Shown: positions 1 to 9,674, numbered from the stretch's first letter. The stretch: DNA of 37,524 nt from a virus (IMGVR_UViG_2718217884_000001:1-37524), one strand, 5' to 3'. Made by a program: numbers and translations. The notes: generated from the sequence alone by a model not told the origin.

Positions 1-267
1 ATGAAACGCATGCCCGAAAATGAAACAGGCTTCTGGGCAAGTCTGATAGCCTGGCTGTTCAGCCACAAAACAGAGTGGGGATATGCGGGTGTGGCGGGCA
101 TGTTCTCTCTGCTGCGCAGCGCCTATGCCCAGTCCTCATGGAGTAAACGTATTCTCGACGCCGTATCGTGCAGCGCCCTGGCATTCTTCGCCGCGCCGAC
201 GCTTCAGGTAATTGGTGGCGTACTTAACTGGAATGTCCCTGATGCTGCCGCCCAGGTATTTGCGGTG
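1..267 (+). pseudogene. Lambda S-like (class I) holin, 3' end replaced by IS1
   Basis: ORF 1..348 begins with a dual-start MKxM motif and has hydrophobic segments like lambda S; from nt 268 the frame reads into the IS1 left end (GGTAATGACTCCAACTTA...), so the native C-terminus is missing. Confidence 0.5.
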
Positions 268-282
268 GGTAATGACTCCAAC

Positions 283-786
283 TTACTGATAGTGTTTTAT
301 GTTCAGATAATGCCCGATGACCTTGTCATGCAGCTCCACCGATTTTGAGAACGACAGTGACTTCCGTCCCAGCCTTGCCAGATGTTGTCTCAGATTCAGG
401 TTATGTCGCTCAATGCGCTGAGTGTAACGCTTGCTGATAACGTGCAGCTTTCCCTTCAGGCGTGATTCGTACAGCGGCCAGCCATCCGTCATCCATACCA
501 CGACCTCAAAGGCCGACAGCAGGCTCAGAAGACGCTCCAGTGTGGCCAGAGTGCGTTCACCGAAGACGTGCGCCACAACCGTCCTCCGTATCCTGTCATA
601 CGCGTAAAACAGCCAGCGCTGACGTGATTTAGCACCGACGTAGCCCCACTGTTCGTCCATTTCAGCGCAGACAATCACATCACTGCCCGGTTGTATGCGC
701 GAGGTTACCGACTGCGGCCTGAGTTTTTTAAGTGACGTAAAACCGTGTTGAGGCCAACGCCCATAATGCGTGCACTGGCGCGACAT
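283..786 (-). CDS. insB: IS1 InsB (transposase produced as InsAB' by frameshift)
   Basis: 167-aa translation ...[58 protein letters not shown]... matches IS1 InsB; overlaps the insA 3' end as in IS1. Confidence 0.9.
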   Translation of the reverse strand: MSRQCTHYGRWPQHGFTSLKKLRPQSVTSRIQPGSDVIVCAEMDEQWGYVGAKSRQRWLFYAYDRIRRTVVAHVFGERTLATLERLLSLLSAFEVVVWMTDGWPLYESRLKGKLHVISKRYTQRIERHNLNLRQHLARLGRKSLSFSKSVELHDKVIGHYLNIKHYQ

Positions 787-980
787 CCGACGCCATTCAT
801 GGCCATATCAATGATTTTCTGGTGCGTACCGGGCTGAGAGGCGGTGTAAGTGAACTGTAGTTGCCATGTTTTACGGCAATGAGAGCAGAGATAGCGCTGA
901 TGTCCGGCAGTGCTTTTGCCGTTACGCACCACGCCTTCAGTAGCGGAGCAGGAAGGACATCTGATGGAAATGGAAGCCAC
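705..980 (-). CDS. insA: IS1 InsA
   Basis: 91-aa translation [43 protein letters not shown]... matches IS1 InsA as I recall it. Confidence 0.92.
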   Translation of the reverse strand: MASISIRCPSCSATEGVVRNGKSTAGHQRYLCSHCRKTWQLQFTYTASQPGTHQKIIDMAMNGVGCRASARIMGVGLNTVLRHLKNSGRSR

Positions 981-1035
981 GCAAGCACCTTAAAATCACC
1001 ATCATACACTAAATCAGTAAGTTGGCAGCATTACC

Positions 1036-2092
1036 GAAATCCTTGCTCATTGAGAGCTGTACTTGCGATAGAACGCAAGCCATGAGAAACGAGAACACCT
1101 CCTAACCCAGCACGCTTGAGTGCTGCATTCACTGTTTGGCTGTTCATTGGCTGGGTTGGTTTGATGCGACTGGGAAAGATAAATTCTCGACCACCACTGA
1201 GGGACTTCATCATTTCCAGAATTGAGATAGCCTCATCCGATAGTGGAACCGTATGGTCTCGGTTCATCTTCATTCGAGCTGCTGGAATTTTCCATTCTTT
1301 AGCATTGAAATCGATCTCATCCCATCGTGCCTCAGCAGCTTCGGCAGGGCGGGTAATGGTGAGAAGCTGCCACATGAACAGACACCGCGTGGACACACTG
1401 ATACTTGCCGTACGCATTGTTTGCATTAACTGTGGAAGTTGATCCGGGCGGATACTTGGCATGTTTTTCTTCTGCGGTTTCTCGAATGCTTTCCCGATAT
1501 TTACACTGGGAACTGCATCAATCAGGCCTGTGTTCTGTGCATAAATCATGACTTCATTAATACGCTGACAAAGGCGGCGAACAGTCTCTAATGCCCCCCT
1601 AGCCTGAACCGGCTGAACTGCTTTAACCAGAGTATGAGCCTTAATCTCAGTGACACTGATATCACCGATTGCTGGAAAAATATCTCTCTCAAGTGAGCGC
1701 CAGATATCGTCAGCATAGTCCTCTGTTACGCTGGCTTTCCTCACATTCCACCAACGCTCAGCAACTAACAAGAAGGTATTAGTTTTGGCCTCTTGAGAAT
1801 TTCTCACCTGTTCTTTCTGATGTTCCTGAGGATCAATGTCTTTCGCCAATAAAACTTTAGATTCGGCTCTGAGTTTACGTGCATCAGAAAGCGAGACGGC
1901 AGGGTAGGCACCGAAGCTCTGTTTGGTTCGCTGCTTGGTCAGAGGCCGATAGTAACGGAATTGCCAGAGCTTACTTCCACTGGATTTGATTAACAGAGTA
2001 AGTCCGTCACCATCATACAACTGGTAATCGGCATCTTTAGGTTTAGCGGCTTTGATTTCCGTATCGGTTAACGGCTTTGTTTTTCTTGCCAT
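1036..2092 (-). pseudogene. intA: CP4-57/P4-type tyrosine integrase (IntA-like), C-terminally truncated by IS1
   Basis: Translation from ATG at 2092 (MARKTKPLTDTEIKAAKPKDADYQLYDGDGLTLLIKSSGSKLWQFRYYRP...) is typical of P4-family integrases; GGAG Shine-Dalgarno 8 nt upstream; ORF ends ...HGLRSIASTALNEQGF at the IS1 boundary, so the catalytic Tyr region is missing. Confidence 0.85.
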
Positions 2093-2214
2093 GGGGAGTC
2101 TCCATGCGTTTAGGCCCAACGAAAACAATAGAGCTTTTCGTTGGGCCTATCAATGGGCCTAAAAGGTTCGGATTTAATTAGTTCTCTTCGGACTTCGCGG
2201 GACAAATTGAAGGC

Positions 2215-2250
2215 ACAAAAAAGCCCGCAGGGCTTGCGCCGTGCGGGCTC
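2215..2250 (-). terminator. Rho-independent terminator (ancestral ssrA terminator, now behind the partial ssrA copy)
   Basis: On minus strand: hairpin GCCCGCA-N12-TGCGGGC (2223..2248) followed by TTTTTTGTG; lies about 45 nt downstream of the partial ssrA 3' end. Confidence 0.6.
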
Positions 2251-2293
2251 TTAGGACTTCATCGGATGACTCTGGTAATCACCGATGGAGAAT

Positions 2294-2340
2294 TTTGGTG
2301 GAGCTGGCGGGAGTTGAACCCGCGTCCGAAATTCCTACAT
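2294..2340 (-). repeat. attL core: 47-bp direct repeat containing the last 45 nt of ssrA
   Basis: TTTGGTGGAGCTGGCGGGAGTTGAACCCGCGTCCGAAATTCCTACAT is identical to 36463..36509 inside the intact ssrA; sequence diverges immediately after CAT. Confidence 0.9.
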
Positions 2341-2457
2341 ACCATTTTTAGCCTAATAAAAACATACATTTACTTTTAAAATCATCACGTTATTGTTTTT
2401 TGTATTTGTCGGGTTTTATGTGATTTTAAGTCTGTGCCGCCAAAGTGCCGCCATAAA

Positions 2458-3483
2458 TTAACGGTTCCAGTTGAGATTGTGAAGCGGGTTTTTTGTCACT
2501 GCATCTTCCAGGTGGTCGGGTGCGAAGTGGGCGTAAATCATTGTCATTTTAATATCGGCGTGGCCCAGAATATCGCGCAGTACCAGTATATTTCCGCCGT
2601 TCATCATAAAATGACTGGCGAAAGTATGGCGCAGAACGTGGGTGCATTGGCCCTCTGGCAAGTCAATGCTTGCCCGCTTGACTGCACGCTCAAAGGCTTT
2701 TCTGCATGGCGTGAATAACTTCCCTCGGTTCTTTGGTAACTCGTCATACAGCGCCTGAGATATAGGAACCGTTCGGTTTTTCTTGCCCTTTGTTTTGGTG
2801 TAGGTGATTCGGTATTTAGATAACTGATGGCCCTGCAGGTTTTCGGCTTCACTCCAGCGGGCGCCGGTAGCTAAGCAGATTTTTGCAATCATGAGCAGGC
2901 TGGGGTTTTCTGAATCAGCGCAGGCATCCAGCAGGCGTTTAATTTCTTCCGGCGCCAGGAACGCCAGTTCCCCCTCTGCGATTTTAAATGTTGGAAGCCC
3001 GGCGAGTGGGTTGGGGGCTGACCAGTGGCCCAGCTTTTTCAGCGTGCCAAAAACTGATGATAGGTTGCGTTGTTCAAGGTTTACCGTGCGGGGCTTAACT
3101 GGCGACATAGGCAAGCCATCTTCATTTTTGACTTCACCTTTTAGGCGTGCTTCACGGTATTTTGTAAAGTCACCGGCAGTCAGCTCCGAGGCAATGGGAT
3201 CACCCAGGCCATTACAAATAATGTTAAGTTTTGCCATCAGGCGCTTGGGGTCAGCAAGAGTCTGTCCGTAAAGTGAATGCCACTGCTTAATTACTTCTGA
3301 CAATTGGCGCCGATCATCCTTTTCGCCTAGCCATGGCTTTTTGTTCACTTCATCCATTGTGAAGTTTTCGAATGCTATGGCCTCGCCTTTCGTCGCAAAT
3401 TGCTTGCGCACGCGCTTGCCATCGCGCCCGCTAGGGTAGCACTCACACAACCATTTCCCGTTTGGCTGTTTTCTGATGGTCAT
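2458..3483 (-). CDS. int: Phage integrase (tyrosine recombinase, P2/186 Int family)
   Basis: 341 aa; C-terminal motifs HVLRHTFAS and MIYAHF (catalytic His/Arg/Tyr region); adjacent to attL; followed by GTGCCGCC direct repeats. Confidence 0.88.
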   Translation of the reverse strand: MTIRKQPNGKWLCECYPSGRDGKRVRKQFATKGEAIAFENFTMDEVNKKPWLGEKDDRRQLSEVIKQWHSLYGQTLADPKRLMAKLNIICNGLGDPIASELTAGDFTKYREARLKGEVKNEDGLPMSPVKPRTVNLEQRNLSSVFGTLKKLGHWSAPNPLAGLPTFKIAEGELAFLAPEEIKRLLDACADSENPSLLMIAKICLATGARWSEAENLQGHQLSKYRITYTKTKGKKNRTVPISQALYDELPKNRGKLFTPCRKAFERAVKRASIDLPEGQCTHVLRHTFASHFMMNGGNILVLRDILGHADIKMTMIYAHFAPDHLEDAVTKNPLHNLNWNR

Positions 3484-3484
3484 A

Positions 3485-4117
3485 TCAAAGGCTCTTAATA
3501 ACTTTTAAGACGTGGCCTACAACCTCGATATCATCCAGGCTGCACTCAAAAGATGATTCATCTTGATGAACTACCAATCTGTTTCCGGGGATACGGGTTA
3601 ACTTCACAATACTTTTTATTCCATCAATATCGACCAACCACACCCCATTTACTGGTGGTGTTTGGCTGCGATCCACTAGGTATGAATCACCACCGGTATT
3701 TACTAAGAGTAAGTTACTGGAATTGGAAGGAAGCAAGCTGCTGTCAATGATTGCTTTACCTGTATCCACCAAAGAGCCGCTAGAAAGTGTCACTTTGTCA
3801 ATTTCGGGAGAAACAAGGTCAGAAAGGTGTTTAACTTTGCCGGAGTTCACGAAATTGATATCTTTTTGCATGTCAATGTTTGAACCCGGCTCGCCTTGCC
3901 CTGTGGTAAGCCAGAGTAAAGAAACGCCTGTCTCAAGAGCGCACTGAATTACCCATTCTGCAGGGAAACTATCTCTTAAGTATCTGTTTGCCATGGTGCT
4001 TTTAGATGCGCCAAGATGGTCGCACAATTGCTGTCTTGATTTGAAATCGTAGGCTGCCATTAGCCTATGGATGGCCTCTCTACCCCCGGTGTTCTCGCCT
4101 GTCTTTACTTGTATCAT
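3485..4117 (-). CDS. cI: CI-like immunity repressor (N-terminal HTH, C-terminal S24-like domain)
   Basis: 210 aa, divergent from apl/cII operon, position between int and the lytic operon as in 186. Confidence 0.7.
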   Translation of the reverse strand: MIQVKTGENTGGREAIHRLMAAYDFKSRQQLCDHLGASKSTMANRYLRDSFPAEWVIQCALETGVSLLWLTTGQGEPGSNIDMQKDINFVNSGKVKHLSDLVSPEIDKVTLSSGSLVDTGKAIIDSSLLPSNSSNLLLVNTGGDSYLVDRSQTPPVNGVWLVDIDGIKSIVKLTRIPGNRLVVHQDESSFECSLDDIEVVGHVLKVIKSL

Positions 4118-4236
4118 TTTTTAATCCTATTGACGTATCAAATATTGGATCGTAGTATCTTTTCGTATCAACTCTTGAATCGTATAAAACAAGATAAAAC
4201 GACGTAAACCAAACCTTAACCGAGAGATACTGCACT
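4118..4236. promoter_or_regulatory. Lysis-lysogeny switch region with divergent promoters and repeated operator-like motifs
   Basis: Between divergent cI (-) and apl-like (+); four spaced copies of a (A)TCGTAT-containing motif (TTGACGTATCA 4129.., TTGGATCGTAGTAT 4145.., TTCGTATCA 4162.., TTGAATCGTATA 4175..); candidate -35/-10 TTGACG-18-TAGTAT. Confidence 0.5.
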
Positions 4237-4485
4237 ATGAGCACTGATATTTCAATTCGTGTACCAAAAGTGATAGCGACGCCAGCCGAGTTTGCTAAGT
4301 GGGAAGGGTATTCCCGTGGTTCTGTTTATCAGATGATTCATAACGGTAAATTGGCTAACTACATTGAAAAGAAAGAAAAAAACAAAGGCCGCGTATTCAT
4401 CCTTTACCTCAAGTACAAAAAAGACCAAGCAAGCAAAAACATGGACAAGTCTGCATTCAATTACAACGTTGTAGTTGGTTGTTAA
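4237..4485 (+). CDS. Apl/Cox-like excisionase and transcriptional regulator
   Basis: 82-aa basic protein, first gene of the rightward operon opposite cI, position as 186 apl / P2 cox. Confidence 0.5.
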   Translation: MSTDISIRVPKVIATPAEFAKWEGYSRGSVYQMIHNGKLANYIEKKEKNKGRVFILYLKYKKDQASKNMDKSAFNYNVVVGC

Positions 4486-4517
4486 GTTCAATTATGTGAA
4501 CTTTTGAGGTATGAAAC

Positions 4518-5027
4518 ATGTTTGATTATAAGATTTCCAAACATCCGCATTTTGATGAAGCCTGCCGGGCTTTCTCGCTGCGTCACAACATGGCGAAGCT
4601 GGCAGAACGCGCAGGAATGAATGTCCAGACGCTGCGCAACAAGCTGAACCCGGAGCAACCGCATCAACTTACCCCGCCGGAGATCTGGCTGCTGACTGAT
4701 ATCACAGAAGACTCAACGCTGGTTGACGGTTTTCTGGCTCAAATCCATTGCCTGCCGTGCGTGCCATTGAATGAAGTGGCAAAAGAGAAGCTGCCGCATT
4801 ACGTCATGAGAGCTACTGCTGAAATCGGACGTGTTGCTGCCGGTGCCGTATCGGGTGATGTGAAAACCACCGCAGGCCGCCGCGATGTTATCAGCAGCAT
4901 TAACTCTGTTACTCGTCTGATGGCACTGGCTGCCGTTTCGATGCAGGCGCGTTTACAGGCTAACCCGGCGATGGCAAGCGCGGTGGATACCGTGACGGGC
5001 CTCGGCGCTTCGTTTGGTCTGATCTGA
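4518..5027 (+). CDS. cII: 186 CII-like lysogeny establishment activator
   Basis: 169 aa; MFDYKISKHPHFDEACRAFSLRHNMAKLAERAGMNVQTLRNKLNPEQPH... resembles phage 186 CII; GAGGT RBS. Confidence 0.75.
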   Translation: MFDYKISKHPHFDEACRAFSLRHNMAKLAERAGMNVQTLRNKLNPEQPHQLTPPEIWLLTDITEDSTLVDGFLAQIHCLPCVPLNEVAKEKLPHYVMRATAEIGRVAAGAVSGDVKTTAGRRDVISSINSVTRLMALAAVSMQARLQANPAMASAVDTVTGLGASFGLI

Positions 5028-5034
5028 GGTGGTT

Positions 5035-5235
5035 ATGCTGACTAAAGAACCCTCTTTTGCGTCACTTCTCATAAAGCAAAGCCCGGCAATGCACTACGGT
5101 CACGGCTGGATCATGGGGAAGGATGGCAAACGCTGGCACCCGTGCCGCTCTCAGGATGAACTGCTGGCTGACCTGTCCACAACCAAACAGGGGAAATCAT
5201 GGCTATTGAAGGCGCTGCAGCGACTGTCCCATTAA
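5035..5235 (+). CDS. Small early protein (Fil-like by position)
   Basis: ATG at 5035 preceded by GAGGTGG; ORF track lists 5029 (GTG); follows cII as fil does in 186. Confidence 0.4.
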   Translation: MLTKEPSFASLLIKQSPAMHYGHGWIMGKDGKRWHPCRSQDELLADLSTTKQGKSWLLKALQRLSH

Positions 5236-5540
5236 GCCCCGGTAAAAGGCTGGACGCATTGAATCATATTGCGGAATTGAGAGCTAAAGTGTTTGGCCTG
5301 AATATTGAGCCGGAGCTTGAAAGGTTTATTAAAGATATGCGCGATCCACGCGACGTAAATAATAAACAGAATGAGCGGGCACTGGCAGCCATTTTTTATA
5401 TGGCAAAAATTCCGGCAGAACGTCACGGCGTCAATATTAGTGATCTGACTACTGACGAAAAGCGGGAACTGGTGAAAGCAATGAATCATTTTCGTGCAGT
5501 GGTGAGCTTATTTCCCAAACGGCTAACCATGCCGAATTAA
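5199..5540 (+). CDS. Hypothetical early-operon protein
   Basis: 113-aa ORF in the early operon, overlaps previous stop; no family recognised. Confidence 0.5.
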   Translation: MAIEGAAATVPLSPGKRLDALNHIAELRAKVFGLNIEPELERFIKDMRDPRDVNNKQNERALAAIFYMAKIPAERHGVNISDLTTDEKRELVKAMNHFRAVVSLFPKRLTMPN

Positions 5541-5607
5541 TCCACAACAGAAATTAATGGCGTAAACCCGCCGGGCTTCTTATTGCCCAAATTCAGGAGA
5601 AACAACT

Positions 5608-5841
5608 ATGCGAAATATTGAAACCCGTACCACTAAAACCGGACCAGATGATGCTGGTCTCAACCTGTTGCTGACTGAGGCACGCAAAGAAGAACGCCGG
5701 GGACGCGCAGATGTGATGGCTGCGCGTCTGGATTCTTTAGCTGCTCGTATCGTGTCACGTCAGCTTAACCACACGGAAGCGGCTGAGCTGCTGCGTCAGG
5801 AAGCTGTGAAGATTCAGAACGAAGCGCAGGAGATCCACTGA
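5608..5841 (+). CDS. Hypothetical early-operon protein
   Basis: 77-aa ORF with AGGAG RBS; stop overlaps next start. Confidence 0.5.
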   Translation: MRNIETRTTKTGPDDAGLNLLLTEARKEERRGRADVMAARLDSLAARIVSRQLNHTEAAELLRQEAVKIQNEAQEIH

Positions 5842-6068
5842 TGGCTGATTCAATGGACCTTGTACAGCAGCGCGTTGAAGAAGAACGCCCGCGCCATATC
5901 CACACCGCCCGCAATAAAACGCCGGGCGTTTCCCGTGTTCTCTGCATTGATTGCGATGCGCCGATCCCGCCAGCTCGCCGCCGCGCCATTCCGGGCGTGC
6001 AGTGCTGCGTCACTTGTCAGGAAATCGCAGAGCTGAAAGGCAAACACTACAACGGGGGTGCTGTATGA
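5841..6068 (+). CDS. TraR/DksA-type C4 zinc-finger protein
   Basis: 75 aa with CIDC...N17...CVTC four-Cys motif; common upstream of gene A in P2-like phages. Confidence 0.65.
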   Translation: MADSMDLVQQRVEEERPRHIHTARNKTPGVSRVLCIDCDAPIPPARRRAIPGVQCCVTCQEIAELKGKHYNGGAV

Positions 6069-6925
6069 GCACTATTCTGAAATGGGCGGGAAATAAAACC
6101 TCCATCATGCCGGAACTGATTAAGCATCTTCCTGCTGGCACGCGACTGGTTGAACCTTTCGCGGGTTCATGCGCTGTAATGATGGCGACAGACTATCCTC
6201 ATTATCTTGTCGCGGATATTAACCCAGACCTGATAAATCTTTTTAAGCATATTGCATTTGACTGCGAGAAATTTATTTCAAATTCAAAAGGATTCTTTTC
6301 AGGCACAAATAGCGCTGAGTCTTATTACAACATCCGTCAGGATTTTAATCATTCGGCTGAAACCACCGATTTCTGGAAAGCTGTATTTTTCCTTTATCTT
6401 AATCGCCATGGTTATCGTGGGTTGTGCCGCTATAATTTGAGCGGTCATTTTAATGTCCCTTACGGTAATTATAAAAATCCGTATTTTCCTGAAAGTGAAA
6501 TACGCGCTTTTGCAGAAAAGGCTCAACGCGCAACGTTTATCTGTGCCAGCTATGACGAAACACTGGCGCTGCTGCAGGCTGGTGATGTTGTTTATTGTGA
6601 TCCGCCATACGATGGCACATTTAGCGGTTATCACACTGCCGGTTTTACAGAAGACGATCAGTATCATCTGGCGTCTATTCTTGAGCGCCGGTCATCAGAA
6701 GGTCATCCGGTTATCGTGTCCAACAGCGACACGTCCCTGACCCGTTCGCTTTATCGTAATTTTACCCGCCATCGCATCACTGCAAAGCGCAGCATGGGTG
6801 TGGCTGCCGGCGAGAGTAAATCTGCAGCAGAAATCATCGCCACAAAATCAGCTGGCTGGTTTGGTGTCGATTTGGCGTCCGGTCCAGATATCTCGGTGGA
6901 AACTGAGGTGCGGGCGTGGCAGTGA
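6065..6925 (+). CDS. dam: DNA adenine methyltransferase (Dam family, N6-A MTase)
   Basis: [23 protein letters not shown]...FAGSCAVMM (AdoMet motif) and DPPY catalytic motif; ATGA overlap with upstream gene. Confidence 0.85.
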   Translation: MSTILKWAGNKTSIMPELIKHLPAGTRLVEPFAGSCAVMMATDYPHYLVADINPDLINLFKHIAFDCEKFISNSKGFFSGTNSAESYYNIRQDFNHSAETTDFWKAVFFLYLNRHGYRGLCRYNLSGHFNVPYGNYKNPYFPESEIRAFAEKAQRATFICASYDETLALLQAGDVVYCDPPYDGTFSGYHTAGFTEDDQYHLASILERRSSEGHPVIVSNSDTSLTRSLYRNFTRHRITAKRSMGVAAGESKSAAEIIATKSAGWFGVDLASGPDISVETEVRAWQ

Positions 6926-9324
6926 GTAAATTCACATTACATAATGCACCAACCACCGGCGGCTCGAATGAGGCCGCCGTGGCCTTTTCATGGAATAACC
7001 CCAAAAAAGCGGTTAACCCATATCTGGACCCGGCGGAAGTTGCGCCGGGGTCTGCGCTTTCAAACCTGATTGCTCTTTACGCTGCGGATAACGAGCAGGA
7101 GCAGCTGCGCCGTGAGGCGCTGAGCGATGAGGTCTGGGAACGCTATTTCTTCAATGAATCCCGTGATCCTGTCCAGCGCGAAATGGAGCAGGACCGGCTG
7201 ATTAGTCGTGCCAAAATGGCGCGCGAGCAGCAGCGTTTTAATCCCGATCTGGTCATTCTGGCTGACGTTAACGCCATGCCGTCCCATATCAGCAAGCCTC
7301 TGCTGGAGCGGATTAAATATTTCCATAGCCTGGGCAGAGCAAAAGCCTATTCCCGCTACCTGCGCGAAACAATTAGGCCCTGTCTTGAGCGGCTGGAGCG
7401 CGTGCGTGACAGTCAGGTGTCTGCCTCTTTCCGGTTCATGGCAAGTCATGACGGGCTGGAGGGGCTGCTGGTACTGCCTGAAATGAATCAGGATCAGGTC
7501 AAGCGTCTTTCCACGCTGGTTGCGGCTCATATGAGCATGTGTCTTGATGCGGCCTGCGGTGATCTGTTTGTCAGCGACGATGTTAAACCAGAAGAAATCC
7601 GCCAGGCATGGGAAAGGGTTGCAGCAGAGGCGATGCGCCTTGAGATCATCCCGCCTGCGTTTGAGCAGTTACGCCGCAAAAAGCGTCGACGCAAGCCGGT
7701 GCCCTATGAACTGATCCCACCGTCGCTGGCGCGGATGCTGTGCGCGGACTGGTGGTATCGCAAATTGTGGCAGATGCGCTGCGAGTGGCGGGAGGAACAG
7801 CTGCGTGCTGTCTGCCTGGTCAACAAAAAAGCGTCCCCGTATGTCAGCTATGAAGCCGTGATCCACAAGCGCGAGCAGCGCCGCAAATCGCTGGAGTTCT
7901 TCCGCTCACATGAGCTGGTCAACGAAGACGGTGACACGCTGGACATGGAAGACGTGGTGAACGCCAGTAACAGCAACCCGGCACACCGCCGTAATGAAAT
8001 GATGGCCTGTGTTAAGGGACTGGAGCTGATAGCGGAAATGCGCGGAGACTGCGCAGTGTTCTATACCATCACCTGCCCGTCACGCTTCCACGCAACCCTC
8101 AACAACGGCAGACCTAATCCGAAGTGGACCAGTGCCACAGTCCGGCAGAGCAGTGACTATCTGGTTGATACGTTCGCCGCTTTCCGCAAGGCAATGCACA
8201 AGGCCGGGCTGCGCTGGTATGGCGTCCGCGTTGCGGAGCCGCACCATGACGGCACAGTGCACTGGCATCTGTTGTGCTTCATGCGCAAAAAAGACCGCCG
8301 TTTCATCACTGCGATGCTGCGCAAGTTTGCCATCCGTGAAGACCGCGAGGAGCTGGGCACCAACACCGGGCCGCGCTTCAAATCCGAGCTAATCAACCCG
8401 CGCAAGGGCACGCCGACCAGCTACATCGCCAAATACATCAGCAAGAACATCGACGGGCGTGGGCTGGCTAAAGAAATCAGCAAAGAAACCGGCAGATCGC
8501 TGCGTGACAGTGCCGAGCATGTCAGCGCCTGGGCGTCACTGCACCGTGTCCAGCAATTTCGTTTCTTTGGTATTCCAGGGCGTCAGGCATACCGCGAGCT
8601 GCGCTTGCTGGCTGGTCAGGTGGCGAGAGTGCAGGGCGAACGCAAAGCGGGTGCGCCGGTACTGGATAATCCGCGTCTGGATGCGGTACTGGCGGCGGCT
8701 GATGCGGGCTGCTTTGCCACCTACATCATGAAGCAGGGCGGCGTGCTGGTTCCCCGCAAACATCACCTTGTCCGCACGGCTTATGAGCTTAACGACGAAC
8801 CGAGCGCCTACGGCGATCACGGTATCCGTATCTATGGCATCTGGTCCCCGATTGCAGAGGGCAAGATTTGCACGCACGCGGTGAAGTGGAAAAAGGTTCG
8901 TAAGGCCGTTGATGTTCAGGAGGCGGCAGCCGACCAGGGCGCTTGCGCCCCTTGGACTCGTGGCAATAACTGTCCCCCTGTTGAAAATCTGAACAAATCA
9001 GGGGGGGATTTACCCGATATTAAAACTATGGATGAGAGGGAGCTGCAGGAATATCTCCACAACATGGGCCAGAAGGAACGGCGGGAGCTGACAGCCAGGT
9101 TAAGGCTGGTAAAACCGAAGCGGAAAAAAGCATATAAACAGACTATTTCGGATCAGCAGCGCCTGCAGCTTGAGGCAGAACTGAGTTCCAGAGGGTTCGA
9201 TGGTAGCGAGTCAGAGATTGACCTGCTTCTGCGCGGCGGCAGTATTCCGTCAGGTGCCGGGCTGCGTATTTTTTACCGCAACCACCGTCTGCAGGAAGAT
9301 GACAAATGGCGTCAGTGGTACTGA
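6916..9324 (+). CDS. A: Replication initiation endonuclease (P2 gpA family, rolling circle)
   Basis: 802 aa, GTG start overlapping dam stop; contains conserved segment around HxH and tyrosine-containing YIAKYISK characteristic of gpA. Confidence 0.88.
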   Translation: MAVSKFTLHNAPTTGGSNEAAVAFSWNNPKKAVNPYLDPAEVAPGSALSNLIALYAADNEQEQLRREALSDEVWERYFFNESRDPVQREMEQDRLISRAKMAREQQRFNPDLVILADVNAMPSHISKPLLERIKYFHSLGRAKAYSRYLRETIRPCLERLERVRDSQVSASFRFMASHDGLEGLLVLPEMNQDQVKRLSTLVAAHMSMCLDAACGDLFVSDDVKPEEIRQAWERVAAEAMRLEIIPPAFEQLRRKKRRRKPVPYELIPPSLARMLCADWWYRKLWQMRCEWREEQLRAVCLVNKKASPYVSYEAVIHKREQRRKSLEFFRSHELVNEDGDTLDMEDVVNASNSNPAHRRNEMMACVKGLELIAEMRGDCAVFYTITCPSRFHATLNNGRPNPKWTSATVRQSSDYLVDTFAAFRKAMHKAGLRWYGVRVAEPHHDGTVHWHLLCFMRKKDRRFITAMLRKFAIREDREELGTNTGPRFKSELINPRKGTPTSYIAKYISKNIDGRGLAKEISKETGRSLRDSAEHVSAWASLHRVQQFRFFGIPGRQAYRELRLLAGQVARVQGERKAGAPVLDNPRLDAVLAAADAGCFATYIMKQGGVLVPRKHHLVRTAYELNDEPSAYGDHGIRIYGIWSPIAEGKICTHAVKWKKVRKAVDVQEAAADQGACAPWTRGNNCPPVENLNKSGGDLPDIKTMDERELQEYLHNMGQKERRELTARLRLVKPKRKKAYKQTISDQQRLQLEAELSSRGFDGSESEIDLLLRGGSIPSGAGLRIFYRNHRLQEDDKWRQWY

Positions 9325-9420
9325 TGCCGCAGCTTTAACAATTCTTGCTCTTATTGATCCGCATCAGAGCGATCTAATTGACAGATAAAAAACGGTTTAC
9401 ATTCGCAAATTCCTACTATA

Positions 9421-9436
9421 CTGTAATTATAAACAG
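9421..9436 (+). promoter_or_regulatory. LexA (SOS) box overlapping promoter -10
   Basis: CTGTAATTATAAACAG is a perfect CTGT-N8-ACAG; -35 TTTACA (9396..9401) and -10 TATACT (9417..9422); a second degenerate half-box at 9437..9452. Confidence 0.7.
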
Positions 9437-9485
9437 TGGATATATATACAGTTGTTGTATATCCGAGGTGGTGATAGGAGGGAAA

Positions 9486-9674
9486 ATGCAGGATTATCTT
9501 TTGGAGTCGTTGAAGCTCCAGCGCATTGATTTTTTTATCAAGCTTGTAGCGGCTAGTGAGTGTAGCGACGAAGAAAAGCGGCTGGCTATCCAGTGGGTGT
9601 CCGAACTGACCGACGAGCTGATGGCGAAAATCCGCAGCCATGAATACTGCCGGTCAATGGATGTAACCAGTTAA
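9486..9674 (+). CDS. Small SOS-controlled protein (candidate antirepressor, Tum-position)
   Basis: 62 aa from ATG 9486 with GGAGGG RBS; directly downstream of LexA box; the longer 9378 start would precede the promoter. Confidence 0.5.
   Translation: MQDYLLESLKLQRIDFFIKLVAASECSDEEKRLAIQWVSELTDELMAKIRSHEYCRSMDVTS

Larger units (their letters stand above)
268..1035 (-). mobile_element. IS1 insertion sequence (768 bp)
   Basis: Terminal inverted repeats GGTAATGACTCCAACTTA (268..) and TAAGTTGGCAGCATTACC (..1035); contains insA and insB; flanking 9-bp sequences differ, so no target-site duplication. Confidence 0.93.

Noticed and set aside
1116-1442. 108-aa plus-strand ORF
   Set aside because: Antisense to the intA-like integrase coding region; no independent support.
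2294-2340. Possible tRNA or second tmRNA gene
   Set aside because: Only the last 45 nt of ssrA are present; it is the att core repeat, not a gene.
9378-9674. Longer 98-aa version of the small SOS-operon ORF
   Set aside because: Its ATG lies upstream of the promoter and LexA box; the internal ATG at 9486 has a strong GGAGGG RBS.
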